Origin: an uncultured Bacilli bacterium
GTDB lineage: Bacteria > Bacillota_I > Bacilli_A > RF39 > UBA660
Reading direction: 5' to 3'
NCBI GenBank assembly: GCA_944331895.1
Contig: CALVIX010000006.1
Location: 1,798 to 65,797, forward strand
Length of the DNA stretch: 64,000 bases
Shown piece after piece: positions 28,689 through 38,848 of the stretch (positions are counted from its first letter, which is position 1; the number at the start of each line of letters is the position of its first letter). The notes under the pieces were generated by a model that ran no database searches, had not been told where the DNA came from, and saw only the letters and a program-made list of their open reading frames with translations. The position numbers and the translations under genes are program-made.

Positions 28689-29780
28689 TTATAAACTTTT
28701 AGTTAGTTTTATCGTTGCTTCATGTTTATCGTTTCCACGATAATATTCAACTGTAACGGTATTCCCCATTCCTGCTTTATAGATTAAATACTTGAAATGA
28801 GCAGCATCTTTAATTTCGGTTCCATCTACAGCTACAATGACATCACCTGACTTCAATCCTGCTGATTCAGCCGGAGTATCTTGTTCTACATTGACAATGA
28901 CAATACCTTGATCAAATTCTCTTTCTAAGCGAATTCTGTTACGCAACAAAGTATATGTATTTGATACGTCAACCGTTTCAATTCCTACTACAGGCCTTTG
29001 AATCTCTTCACCTTTTTCTAGTGCATCCAATTCACTTTCAACAATTTCGATTGGAATCGCAAATCCCATTCCTTCAATTTCATCCTTAACAAGTTTTAAA
29101 GAATTCATCCCGATGACTTCTCCATTCATATTTACAAGAGGTCCTCCACTGTTTCCTGGATTGATTGCTGCATCCGTTTGAAGTAATTCCATCATAAAGT
29201 CATCACCTGTACTAAGAGTAACTGTCACGGTACGATCTTTTCCTGATAAAATTCCTTTCGTTACTGTACCTCGATAATCGCTTCCCATAGGGGATCCTAC
29301 TGTAAATACAGTATCTCCTAATTGCGATTCAGTACTATCTCCTAAAATTGCAACTTGTTTTACAGCCGTTGCGTCAATTGCCAACACTGCAATATCTGCA
29401 TAGACATCTGTCCCGAGTACTTTCGCCTCTATCTCTTCACCATCTGCGTTAATAACGCGTACTGCGGTTGCATTTTCAACTACGTGCTGATTTGTTACAA
29501 TATATCCACTATTATCGTCCTTTTTGTACGCAAAACCAGTTCCTGTTCCCACTAAAGTGTTTCCTCTATAAGATTCGATAACATACACAGCATCGTAAAC
29601 CTTGGAAATGGCACTTTGAATTGTATCCGATTCCTCTATTGTCACGTTCTTTTTATCATTATAAACTAAATCCGTCGTAGCACTTTCCTTTGGAATATAA
29701 TATATGACCGCAACTGTTCCTATAATTCCAGCAAAAAGCGCAACAATAATAGAGCCTATATAAATTGCTTTTTGTCTCAT
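28689..29780 (-). CDS. HtrA/DegP-family serine protease (trypsin-like S1C + PDZ)
   Basis: N-terminal TM, catalytic H (TNQHV), D (DIAVL) and GNSGGPL Ser motif, plus a C-terminal PDZ (GLKSGDVIVAVDG). Confidence 0.85.
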   Translation of the reverse strand: MRQKAIYIGSIIVALFAGIIGTVAVIYYIPKESATTDLVYNDKKNVTIEESDTIQSAISKVYDAVYVIESYRGNTLVGTGTGFAYKKDDNSGYIVTNQHVVENATAVRVINADGEEIEAKVLGTDVYADIAVLAIDATAVKQVAILGDSTESQLGDTVFTVGSPMGSDYRGTVTKGILSGKDRTVTVTLSTGDDFMMELLQTDAAINPGNSGGPLVNMNGEVIGMNSLKLVKDEIEGMGFAIPIEIVESELDALEKGEEIQRPVVGIETVDVSNTYTLLRNRIRLEREFDQGIVIVNVEQDTPAESAGLKSGDVIVAVDGTEIKDAAHFKYLIYKAGMGNTVTVEYYRGNDKHEATIKLTKSL

Positions 29781-29790
29781 ATCTTCCCTC

Positions 29791-30723
29791 CTAATCCATT
29801 TTAATTAGTTCACGCCAATTATTTGGGAAACCTATTTTATTCAAAATTGTATGTAGTGGTACGACATCGACGATCCCATCCAAAACATCGATCTCATATC
29901 CAATTTCGTAAATAAGTTCTCGAAACTCTCCTTCTGTTAACATTTGCTTCATGATAATTGGCAACACAAACAAATCATTCTTTCCATAAATATATTCATC
30001 ATCTTCCTTTGGAATATCCAATAATTCATGATATTTTGTATCCGTAATTTCTTTTTGCGTACGATGATCATATAAAACTTCCTCGTGCGCACATAAATTT
30101 CTGAAATTGGCGAGTAATGATAAATAAGTTGCTAGTGTCTCTGCATCTAAATGATAAAATGATGCGATCGCTTCCTGATCTTCCAATTTTAGTATGGAAT
30201 AAAGTTCTGAAACAATTCCAAAAGATAATACTTTTACCAAAATCCACATAGGAATATATCCATAATTACTTAGATAATGCATCGTCGCTGTATGTTCTTT
30301 TCCATTGATGCGAATTTGTCTTTTCGTCTTATTTAAAATATCGTACACTTGACGAGCTTTTAAAGAATCTTGCGTAAAATTTTTAGGATCTAGATAATCT
30401 TTTTCCTTATATCCATATTTTTTAGACATCTGGTAACTTATAATTGATTTAATATTATTCTCGATAACCAAAATATATTTAAACATGATATTTCTAAGCT
30501 TTCGATCAAAAACAAAGGCAGCATATAATTCGTCGAATCGCGTTCCTTTTAAAAATTGATCATCGTTATATTTCTTCATGAATAAATGTCGGTATCCGCT
30601 GACAAAGAAATAATTTTCACGAAATAAAATCTCTTTTGCATACTCGATATCCTCTACCACAAGGCCACGCGCTTTCAATATGTCAATTTGTTCATCCAAT
30701 GTTTTAAATATTTTACTTTTCAT
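29791..30723 (-). CDS. Abi-like protein (Abi_2, AbiD/AbiF-type abortive infection family)
   Basis: The N-terminus KxxxTLDEQIDILKARGLVVED...A...L...NYF..SGY is the typical Abi_2 opening. A conserved NxxAHxE-like motif (RNLCAHEE) is present. Confidence 0.7.
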   Translation of the reverse strand: MKSKIFKTLDEQIDILKARGLVVEDIEYAKEILFRENYFFVSGYRHLFMKKYNDDQFLKGTRFDELYAAFVFDRKLRNIMFKYILVIENNIKSIISYQMSKKYGYKEKDYLDPKNFTQDSLKARQVYDILNKTKRQIRINGKEHTATMHYLSNYGYIPMWILVKVLSFGIVSELYSILKLEDQEAIASFYHLDAETLATYLSLLANFRNLCAHEEVLYDHRTQKEITDTKYHELLDIPKEDDEYIYGKNDLFVLPIIMKQMLTEGEFRELIYEIGYEIDVLDGIVDVVPLHTILNKIGFPNNWRELIKMD

Positions 30724-30815
30724 ACTCTCACCTTCTCAATTATATCATACATAATGTGAAAAAAATATGTTTTTTTCATGGGATAATACTGAAAAAAGAA
30801 GAAATAAATATTCTT

Positions 30816-31502
30816 CTATCCTAAAATTCCAAATACTTTTTTGTCATTAAAATATCTTAATACCCCACCCGTTATCGTCTTACTTATTTTTTGCTGATAG
30901 GAATCAGTTTTCAACAGATACCGTTCGTTAGGATTACTTAAAAAACCAACCTCTAATAAAACACCAGGACGCTCAATACGTTTACTTAAATAAAATTCAG
31001 AAGTTTTCTTATATTTTCTTTTACTATATAAATGTTCCTTAAATTCTTCCTGCATAATTTTTGCTATCGTCTCATTATCTGGGTGAATATCGTCGTAATA
31101 GGCTTCCGCCCCATGCCAACTAGAGGTCGTTTCAGCATTCAAATGAATGGACAAATATAAATCGCATCCTGATTTATTGATCATATTGCCGCGTCTAGAT
31201 AAATCGTTTCGTTTATGATTGATTGTATTTGGGACAGAAACATCATAATCACCATAACGCGTTAAATATACAGTTGCTCCCAACTTCGTCAAGTCTTCTT
31301 CTAATTTTTGAACAATTTTTAAATTGATATCTTTCTCATAAATATTTTTATAAAGTGCACCAGGATCACTACCGCCATGGCCAGCATCTAAATAAATGAC
31401 TTTACCAAACAGAGGTAACGTGGAAGTTTGTGCTGTTACAATTCCGTATCCACAAAGGCCAAATAAAAAGAAAACAAATAAATAGATCTTGTATTTCAGC
31501 AT
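30816..31502 (-). CDS. cwlD: germination-specific N-acetylmuramoyl-L-alanine amidase CwlD-like
   Basis: Signal peptide followed by the Amidase_3 core (YLDAGHGGSDPGA, SIHLNA, LLEVGFLSN). Size is about 228 aa. The location downstream of rplM-rpsI matches Bacillus. Confidence 0.75.
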   Translation of the reverse strand: MLKYKIYLFVFFLFGLCGYGIVTAQTSTLPLFGKVIYLDAGHGGSDPGALYKNIYEKDINLKIVQKLEEDLTKLGATVYLTRYGDYDVSVPNTINHKRNDLSRRGNMINKSGCDLYLSIHLNAETTSSWHGAEAYYDDIHPDNETIAKIMQEEFKEHLYSKRKYKKTSEFYLSKRIERPGVLLEVGFLSNPNERYLLKTDSYQQKISKTITGGVLRYFNDKKVFGILG

Positions 31503-31554
31503 TCAACATACCCTCACTTAGTCTATCATATGTCTTCTAAATTAAATTATGATT

Positions 31555-32232
31555 TTAACGTTTTCCTTTAAACATTGTCCAAGGAATTCGATTGGGAAGC
31601 GGCAACGAAAAACTTAAATATTCTTTTGTCGTCGGATGGTAAAAACTCAAACGACTTGCAAAAAGAGCAATTTGTTCTCCTACTTTCGCATGTCTATTAT
31701 ATCGTTGATCTCCATAGAGTGGATGGTTTCTACTAGCAAATTGAACTCTTATTTGATGAGATCTCCCTGTTTTCAAAGTAATATGAACAAGTGAATAACC
31801 TTCATATTTTGCTTTTAATTGATAAGATAGTTCTGACTCTTTTCCTTTTGGATCGACAACTACCATATTGCGGTTTGTATCTTTATACAGTCGATCTTTT
31901 AAAACACCTTGCTTTTCTAACTTTCCTTCAACGATGGCATCGTATTCCTTCAACATCTTATGTGTTCTCACTTGCTCACTTAAACGAGATGCAGCCTTGG
32001 ATGTCTTGGCAAACACCATAACACCTCCTACGGGTCGATCTAAACGGTGTACAAGTCCCAAATATACATTCCCTGGCTTATGGTATCTCTTTTTTAAATC
32101 ATTCTTTAAAATTGTTAATAAATCTATATCGTGAGAACTATCTTCTTGCACTGGCATATTCACTGGTTTCTCCACGACTAATAGGTGATTATCTTCATAT
32201 AATATGTTAATCATTTTCCTGCCATCTTCCAT
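31555..32232 (-). CDS. RluA-family pseudouridine synthase
   Basis: HRLDRPVGGVMVFAKT (catalytic Asp motif) and GRSHQIRVQ. The start is uncertain, at 32232 or 32214. The long ORF-track N-extension overlaps the upstream gene. Confidence 0.8.
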   Translation of the reverse strand: MEDGRKMINILYEDNHLLVVEKPVNMPVQEDSSHDIDLLTILKNDLKKRYHKPGNVYLGLVHRLDRPVGGVMVFAKTSKAASRLSEQVRTHKMLKEYDAIVEGKLEKQGVLKDRLYKDTNRNMVVVDPKGKESELSYQLKAKYEGYSLVHITLKTGRSHQIRVQFASRNHPLYGDQRYNRHAKVGEQIALFASRLSFYHPTTKEYLSFSLPLPNRIPWTMFKGKR

Positions 32233-33091
32233 AGATACCACACGGCAATACCAAATGATTTGTCGTAACCGGCAATCCAACTTCTCCAGCATCAACTTTA
32301 CCATTTGGATATAATGGTAACATTGTCGTTTTTAATATATTTTCGAGAACTGTACTAGAAATTCCTGTCGTATAGGAATTGATAAGTAAAAATAATGGCT
32401 CATCACTTAATATTTTCATACATGCCTGCACGAGATGATAAATATTGTGTTCAAACTTCCAAATCTCTCCATTTGGACCACGACCATAACTTGGAGGATC
32501 CATAATAATCGCATCATATTTTCTACCTCTACGTGCTTCTCGTTCTACAAATTTTAGACAATCATCCACGATAAAACGAATCTTTCTATCTTCTAAATGA
32601 GATAATTTCATATTATCTTTCGCCCAAGCAACCATCCCTTTTGCAGCATCGACATGAACTACTTCAACAGCTCCCGCATAGGCACAAGCCATCGTTGCTC
32701 CTCCAGTATAAGCAAATAAATTTAATACTTTAATCGGTCGATTCGCATTTTTTATTTTTTCTATCATAAAATCCCAATTCGTTGCTTGTTCTGGAAACAG
32801 TCCCGTATGCTTAAAATTCGTAGGCGTTACTTTCAATACTAAATCACGATATTGTACTGTCCAATACTCTGGTAATTTCTTTCTGAATTTCCACTCGCCA
32901 CCTCCGCGATTACTCCGAAAATAATGACCATCTGCTTTATTCCAAAGACCGCCAGTCTGTGTAATTGGCCATATAGCTTGAGGATCTGGTCGTCTTAAGA
33001 TAACACCATTCCAATTTTCTAATTTTTCTCCATTTCCTGCATCAATGCATTCGTAATCCTTCCAGCCATCACTAATCCGCATGCTATACAT
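32207..33091 (-). CDS. class I SAM-dependent (rRNA) methyltransferase, RlmI/RlmK-like catalytic domain
   Basis: SAM motif I NLFAYTGGATMA and the motif IV IIMDPPSYGRG typical of this N/C5-methyltransferase group. Confidence 0.7.
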   Translation of the reverse strand: MYSMRISDGWKDYECIDAGNGEKLENWNGVILRRPDPQAIWPITQTGGLWNKADGHYFRSNRGGGEWKFRKKLPEYWTVQYRDLVLKVTPTNFKHTGLFPEQATNWDFMIEKIKNANRPIKVLNLFAYTGGATMACAYAGAVEVVHVDAAKGMVAWAKDNMKLSHLEDRKIRFIVDDCLKFVEREARRGRKYDAIIMDPPSYGRGPNGEIWKFEHNIYHLVQACMKILSDEPLFLLINSYTTGISSTVLENILKTTMLPLYPNGKVDAGEVGLPVTTNHLVLPCGIYGRWQEND

Positions 33092-33235
33092 CTCCTTTTC
33101 AATCTCTACTTATTATTATACAATAGAGTATAAAAGAAGGAAAGGAATTCGTTAAAATATCTCTTTTCCTTTAGAGAGGTTTTATTTTATGATATAATAT
33201 TTTCATGTGTAAAAGCATTAAATTAAGGAGGAAAT

Positions 33236-34456
33236 ATGAAGGAATATAAAAATAATAATAAATTCTACTTTGAAATCACAAAAAAGATTCCAGGGAAATT
33301 AGGGCGTGCCGGAATCATTCATACTCCTCACGGAGATATTAAAACTCCAGCTTTTATGACTGTTGGTACAAGAGGCGAAGTGAAATTTGTATCGATGGAG
33401 GAATTAAAAGAAATTACTGCACAAGCAATGCTAAGCAACGGATACCATTTGAGAAATAAAGCAGATGAAATAGCCCAAAATGGCGGACTTGCCGAATGGT
33501 CAGGATGGAACGGTCCATCATTGACCGATTCCGGTGGATTTCAAGTCATGTCTCTCGGTTCTGGACTCGGTAAAGTCGTAAGTATGAAAAGAGAACAAGA
33601 AATTGTAAACACAGACCCAAAAGAGAGACTTGCACATGTAACTGAAGATGGTGTAGAATTTTTTGATCCATTTACCAATCAAAAAGATTTTATTGGACCA
33701 GAAGAGTCTATGCAAATACAATGCAAAATTGGTGCAGATATCCATATGGCCTACGATGAATTAACTTCTCTTGCAGATAGTTATGAATACAATGTAGAAG
33801 CATTAGCTCGCACAGAAAGATGGGCAAAAAGAAGTATAGAAGAACATAAAAAGCACTGTGATGATCTCGGATATCACCAATCTCTGTACGGTGTATTACA
33901 AGGTGGCAGATGGGAAGATTTGAGACGTTCTACAGCAAAGAAATTTGCGAAAATGGAATTTGACGGATATGGTTTAGGTGGGGCATTCTTAAAAGAAAGC
34001 CTTGGCGACATCTTAAAATGGTGTTGTGAAGAACTACCAGAAGATAAACCTCGACACTTACTTGGTTTATCTCATCCTGACGATATTTTAATTGGAACTG
34101 AAATGGGAGCAGATACATTCGATTGTGTCGCACCTACGAGAGAAGCAAGACATGGTAGAATTTATACAAAAAGAGGAAATATTAAACTAAATAAATTCAA
34201 GGATAGCGATGAACTTTTAGATGAAGGATGTGATTGTCCAACATGTCAATCTGGTTGGACGAGAGGAGATTTAAGAAAATTATGGAAATCACCTAATATA
34301 GAAGATAAGAAAAAATACTACACTCTATCTTCTATTCATAATTTGCGTTTCATTATTCGATTAACAGAAGAAATTCGTGCTTCTATTCTAGATGGAAATT
34401 TTGAAACCTACAAAGAAACATTTTTAGAAAATTATTACCATTCTAAATTAAAATAA
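33236..34456 (+). CDS. tgt: tRNA-guanine transglycosylase (queuine tRNA-ribosyltransferase) family
   Basis: TPAFMTVGTRG, LTDSGGFQV and the zinc site CDCPTC...IHN. It is colinear with bacterial Tgt but sits alone rather than in a queA-tgt operon. Confidence 0.8.
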   Translation: MKEYKNNNKFYFEITKKIPGKLGRAGIIHTPHGDIKTPAFMTVGTRGEVKFVSMEELKEITAQAMLSNGYHLRNKADEIAQNGGLAEWSGWNGPSLTDSGGFQVMSLGSGLGKVVSMKREQEIVNTDPKERLAHVTEDGVEFFDPFTNQKDFIGPEESMQIQCKIGADIHMAYDELTSLADSYEYNVEALARTERWAKRSIEEHKKHCDDLGYHQSLYGVLQGGRWEDLRRSTAKKFAKMEFDGYGLGGAFLKESLGDILKWCCEELPEDKPRHLLGLSHPDDILIGTEMGADTFDCVAPTREARHGRIYTKRGNIKLNKFKDSDELLDEGCDCPTCQSGWTRGDLRKLWKSPNIEDKKKYYTLSSIHNLRFIIRLTEEIRASILDGNFETYKETFLENYYHSKLK

Positions 34457-34472
34457 TAATTATTCTTGTCAC

Positions 34473-34507
34473 AAAAAAACTCATGAATACTATATTCATG
34501 AGTTTTA
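34473..34507. terminator. bidirectional rho-independent terminator
   Basis: aaaactcatgaata-cta-tattcatgagtttt between convergent tgt and rpsI. Confidence 0.75.
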
Positions 34508-34522
34508 TACATATACAAAATC

Positions 34523-34939
34523 CTATCGTTTTGAGAATTGAGGTGCTCTACGAGCTGCTTTCAATCCTGGTTTCTTACGTTCTTTGCTTCTTGAATCACG
34601 AGTAATAAATCCTGCTTTTTTCAAAATAGATCTGAAACTTCCTTCGTTTCCTTCATTTGCTTCATCATACTTTAATAAAGCTCTTGTAATTCCTAAACGG
34701 ATCGCACCAGTTTGACCAGTAAATCCTCCTCCGTTTACTTTTACTTCAATGTCAAATGTTTCATCTGTACTAGTAGCTACTAATGGTTGTTTTAAATCCA
34801 TTACGTTAGTTTCGTAAGGGAAGAAATCTCTTACATCTCTACCGTTTACTGTAATCTTTCCTGTACCTGGCACCATCTTAACTTGCGCTACAGATGATTT
34901 TCTTCTACCAGTTCCAGTGTATTCTTTCTTATTTGCCAT
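34523..34939 (-). CDS. rpsI: 30S ribosomal protein S9
   Basis: GTGRRK...[15 protein letters not shown] conserved S9 sequence. Confidence 0.95.
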   Translation of the reverse strand: MANKKEYTGTGRRKSSVAQVKMVPGTGKITVNGRDVRDFFPYETNVMDLKQPLVATSTDETFDIEVKVNGGGFTGQTGAIRLGITRALLKYDEANEGNEGSFRSILKKAGFITRDSRSKERKKPGLKAARRAPQFSKR

Positions 34940-34950
34940 TTAAAAACCTC

Positions 34951-35385
34951 CTAGTCCAATTTCATTTCTACTGGTTTTTGAGCCATATGTGGATGCTCAC
35001 TTCCAGCATATACGAATAATTTTTTATACATTTGACGTCCTAGTCTTCCTTTTGGAAGCATACCTTTTACGGCTCTTTCGATCATTTCTTCAGGATATTT
35101 TTCTTTCATAACACGTGCAGATCTTTCTCTTAATCCACCAGTGTATCCACTGTGATTATAGTAGATCTTATCATTTAACTTGTTCCCTGTTAAATTAACT
35201 TTAGAAGCATTAACCACAATTACAAAGTCACCACAATCTACGTGTGGAGTGTAAGTTGGTTTGTGTTTACCACGTAATACATGAGCTACTTTTGTAGCTA
35301 AACGACCAAGTGTTTGACCTTCAGCATCGATAACATACCAATTACGTACGATATCTTCTTTTTTTTGCATATATGTATTTTTCAT
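34951..35385 (-). CDS. rplM: 50S ribosomal protein L13
   Basis: [30 protein letters not shown] matches the L13 N-terminus. The start was trimmed from the ORF-track extension. Confidence 0.95.
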   Translation of the reverse strand: MKNTYMQKKEDIVRNWYVIDAEGQTLGRLATKVAHVLRGKHKPTYTPHVDCGDFVIVVNASKVNLTGNKLNDKIYYNHSGYTGGLRERSARVMKEKYPEEMIERAVKGMLPKGRLGRQMYKKLFVYAGSEHPHMAQKPVEMKLD

Positions 35386-35417
35386 ATAATATCTCCCTTT
35401 CTCTAATATTGGATTAT

Positions 35418-35500
35418 AGTAAGTGGTCCCAACACTTACTTTCATGGGATATATAAAATGTACCAGTTAAAATTGTACTAAAAACTAATATAAAAGTCAA
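35418..35500 (-). promoter_or_regulatory. rplM-rpsI promoter plus structured leader hairpin (candidate L13 leader)
   Basis: Minus strand: TTGACT (35495-35500), a 17-nt spacer, then TACAAT (35472-35477). Downstream is an 8-bp hairpin agtaagtg/cacttact (35418-35440), about 30 nt before the RBS. Confidence 0.55.
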
Positions 35501-35516
35501 TAAAATTATATGTTTT

Positions 35517-37997
35517 TCATGCTTTTTTGTTGAAAATTTTTAGTTTTAAATATATTGCCCATCCAACAAGAAAAATAAATGTTATTAAACTAATAATCAC
35601 TCCAATAACAAAGGAAGGTTGCACACGATATACTAATTTTACCTCATGCTTTCCCTCAGAAATATCAAAACCAACGAATGTCCCGTACAAGCTACGAATT
35701 TCTTCTTTTTTTCCGTCTATATACAAATCAAAATTCGAATCAAAAGGAATACTTAAAAATACTGTCTGATCATGATTTGCAAAAATTGTTCCTTTCAAAG
35801 TTCTATTTTCTATTTTTTTTATCTCTAATGGTGACTTACGTAATATTTCTATCATTTTTTTGTAAATGTCCTGATTAAAATAATAGAGATGTAATTTTTT
35901 TAAATCCATATTCTCATCAAAGCGAATCGTTATCGTTTTTCCGTAATAAGAATTTGGAATTTCCAACATTCCTTTCTTACGATTTGTAGTGTAAGCAATA
36001 TTTTCATCGACTTCTATTAAAACATCATCTATCCAAAAATCGATATCATATCGTCCGTCGTAATAAAAATAAAGCGGATCATCTTGTGTCACTTTCATAC
36101 GATATGTTTTTGACCCTATTTTTTGTAATTCAGCTCTCTCATATGGCTCTAATCCCGTCAAATATTTAGAAAATTGATTTTGATACTCAAAAGGATCTTC
36201 CCCGCTTACTTTTTGATAATGATTTTCATCAAATGCATATCCTAAAGATAACGCGTTCGTATTCTCGTATCGATAGAACTTCTTACCGTCAAACGTAAAA
36301 TTATCTCTCAAAATATATTTATCGTCATTTGAATATGGTCGATCAAAATATAAATAGCGTACTCCCATTAAAGAAGATATCAATGGCGAATATTCATAAT
36401 ATAAATCCAAATATGTAATTTGCGCATTAAAACCGCTTTTTTTGAAAAACTCGTATTTTTTATTATGATTCATACTATTAAATTCACCGATTTTAGAGAA
36501 TTGACAAATATAATTTTCATTTGCAGATGAAATCGAACTTTCGATACGGTAAAATCCTTCTTTAGGCTTTAGCGTTTCACAAATCGGATATTTTCCATCA
36601 TAAATAGTTGCTGGATTGATAATGTTTTTTTGTGTTATCATGTGAAATTTCATATATAAAAACAGTTCAATGATAACACACAATAATAATCCACATTTAT
36701 AAAATATACTTTGATATTCTTTTACTATATTTAATAATAATATGTATGCGATCGCAAAAAATATATTTAACATTATGATTTCATACGATATATTTTTATG
36801 CAATAATATTGTAAACAAAAATGGAGTAAAAAATGTTAATATAAATAAAATAATTATCTCTTTAAAATTCTTTTTCTCATACGTTTCGAAAGAACGATAA
36901 GTGATCGTAATCAAAAAGAGCGTCACAAAAAACGAATATCGATAATTTAAAACAGCCGGAGAGGAAAACCCGTGCCAGATATAATTGATAGATGGCACTA
37001 TATAACTAATTAAGAAAACAAGTATGAAAAAGAGTGTAACTTTCTTCTCATGTAAAGCAATTTTACGATGAAAGAAATAATTGATTAGTAAAATGAAATT
37101 TAAAATAGTAAAATACATATTTGGACGCCAATAAGCTATTTCCTTTTCAGGAAGAGTAATGGAAAAAGATTCCATCAACCATGCAAAATCATTAAATATC
37201 CGCTCGATTGTATTCAAATTAGTTTTTAAATCTAAACTACGATAAATATGAGTTAACTCATTCGCAACCGGCAGCAATACAAAAGATGATAGCAATACTG
37301 CACACATAGAGCATAATATAAAATTCATTATAATTTTGATTTTATTTTTTGATCTATCTAAAAACAAACGATATAACACATACAAGAACAAAAAGATACA
37401 TAACATATAGGCCAAATAAAAATTACTTATTATAGCTAAAAATAAAAAGAAGATATAAAAAATCGAAATTTTTCCATTTAATATTTTGTTGCAACCAATT
37501 AGCACCAAAGGAGTAAGATATAGAATATCTAGCCACATTGTATTAAAATGATATGATATTGTATACCCACTAATTGCATAAGTAATAGAAAAAATAATAG
37601 TTATTATATTATCTTTCTGGAAAATTTGTCTTAAAAACAAATGCATTGTCATTCCAGCAAGACCTAGTTTAATAAACTGTAACAAATTAAATACTATACT
37701 TATCGAAGTGTTAGGAACAAAAAAATAAATTAAATTTAAAGGACTCGATAAATAATAATAAAATGTTCCTAACATAGATTCTCCCATTCCCTTAGAAAAT
37801 GAAAAGAATATTGATTCATCTCCTTCAAAAACACTTTTTAAATAATAATGAAACCCTAAATATTGTTCTCTTGCATCAGAAATCAATAAATCCTCGCTAG
37901 ATACATGACTAACTAAAACATAAAATAAAAACAATATAATAGGAATGAAAAATGAACAAAAAACATATCTGTTCTTATAAAACCAATTTTTTTTCAT
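35517..37997 (-). CDS. large polytopic membrane protein, YfhO-like (putative glycosyltransferase/glycan-modifying family)
   Basis: About 826 aa with more than 12 TM helices in the N-terminal two thirds, an extracytoplasmic C-domain and a final TM. This architecture is typical of YfhO. The call rests on architecture, not on motif identity. Confidence 0.5.
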   Translation of the reverse strand: MKKNWFYKNRYVFCSFFIPIILFLFYVLVSHVSSEDLLISDAREQYLGFHYYLKSVFEGDESIFFSFSKGMGESMLGTFYYYLSSPLNLIYFFVPNTSISIVFNLLQFIKLGLAGMTMHLFLRQIFQKDNIITIIFSITYAISGYTISYHFNTMWLDILYLTPLVLIGCNKILNGKISIFYIFFLFLAIISNFYLAYMLCIFLFLYVLYRLFLDRSKNKIKIIMNFILCSMCAVLLSSFVLLPVANELTHIYRSLDLKTNLNTIERIFNDFAWLMESFSITLPEKEIAYWRPNMYFTILNFILLINYFFHRKIALHEKKVTLFFILVFLISYIVPSINYIWHGFSSPAVLNYRYSFFVTLFLITITYRSFETYEKKNFKEIIILFILTFFTPFLFTILLHKNISYEIIMLNIFFAIAYILLLNIVKEYQSIFYKCGLLLCVIIELFLYMKFHMITQKNIINPATIYDGKYPICETLKPKEGFYRIESSISSANENYICQFSKIGEFNSMNHNKKYEFFKKSGFNAQITYLDLYYEYSPLISSLMGVRYLYFDRPYSNDDKYILRDNFTFDGKKFYRYENTNALSLGYAFDENHYQKVSGEDPFEYQNQFSKYLTGLEPYERAELQKIGSKTYRMKVTQDDPLYFYYDGRYDIDFWIDDVLIEVDENIAYTTNRKKGMLEIPNSYYGKTITIRFDENMDLKKLHLYYFNQDIYKKMIEILRKSPLEIKKIENRTLKGTIFANHDQTVFLSIPFDSNFDLYIDGKKEEIRSLYGTFVGFDISEGKHEVKLVYRVQPSFVIGVIISLITFIFLVGWAIYLKLKIFNKKA

Positions 37998-38008
37998 AAT
38001 CTCTCCTT

Positions 38009-38419
38009 CTAAATCACGGTTGGTTGCAAGAATGAAAAACAATCAAAATTACGCAATATCCCAAACAAAATAGCAATTACTAAAAGAACATACCAAAACC
38101 AATTAGGAAATATTTTTATCTTTTTATCAAATATCCATCCATAAAGTTGACTACCAAAATAAACACCGAAAATAGGAATTAGACAAACGACGAGCGCATT
38201 ATAATGAAACGCTTGGATTAGATCCAATTTCAATAACGCAAAGAATACACGTGTAATTCCACATCCAGGGCAATAAAATCCTGTCATCTCATGAAAAATA
38301 CAAGGAATTGAAAAACCGTATGTGTGGTTCAAAAAAAGATAGAAAAAAAGGAGCAACACAAGAATCCCACCAATCAAAAAAGTAAATATCAATTTTTCTT
38401 TTCTGGTCGTAAGTTTCAT
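38009..38419 (-). CDS. DUF2752 family membrane protein
   Basis: CIFHEMTGFYCPGCGITR is the DUF2752 signature. Confidence 0.6.
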   Translation of the reverse strand: MKLTTRKEKLIFTFLIGGILVLLLFFYLFLNHTYGFSIPCIFHEMTGFYCPGCGITRVFFALLKLDLIQAFHYNALVVCLIPIFGVYFGSQLYGWIFDKKIKIFPNWFWYVLLVIAILFGILRNFDCFSFLQPTVI

Positions 38420-38435
38420 ATAACTCCTCTTTCTT

Positions 38436-38792
38436 TTACATCTCTGCTTTTTGTTGTGCTACTTCATTTAATTCGTTTTGCATCAAGCACCAGCTAATAA
38501 TGCTTAATCCCAAAATAGATAAAATTAAATATAACACTGAATTATCTGTTGCACGTAATCCTTGTTTTGTTTTACCTTCGTACAATTCTTTTCCCATTTT
38601 ATAATTCCAATAAATGGTATAAATTCCACATGTGATAATACCAAACAAGAATGCTTTTCCTCCTGAAAAATCACGATCATCATTTAAATATGCTGCATCG
38701 TCTGTTAAATTAACAAACCATATAATTCCATAAATACCACATGTAATAATTGACAAAATGATATTGACCGCAATATTCTTCTCTTTAATCAT
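38436..38792 (-). CDS. DUF4234 family membrane protein
   Basis: Duplicated TCGIYGIIWF / TCGIYTIYW motif typical of DUF4234. Confidence 0.6.
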   Translation of the reverse strand: MIKEKNIAVNIILSIITCGIYGIIWFVNLTDDAAYLNDDRDFSGGKAFLFGIITCGIYTIYWNYKMGKELYEGKTKQGLRATDNSVLYLILSILGLSIISWCLMQNELNEVAQQKAEM

Positions 38793-38848
38793 GTACTCTC
38801 CTCCTTACTATCAATATACCATAATCATATGTGATTGCAAAGTATTTT

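Noticed and set aside
31555-32304. Full 249-aa ORF-track extent of the RluA-family gene
   Set aside because: The first ~24-30 codons overlap the 3' end of the upstream methyltransferase gene and have no homology to RluA N-termini. The conserved INILYEDNHLLVVEKP begins after the internal Met, so a shorter CDS is reported. The exact start remains uncertain.
33150-33200. Hairpin ctct-tttccttt-agag followed by a T-run upstream of tgt, considered as a preQ1 riboswitch or attenuator
   Set aside because: It lies upstream of the likely -10 box (TGATATAAT at ~33197-33205), so it would not be in the tgt leader. It does not match the preQ1-I/II consensus as I remember it.
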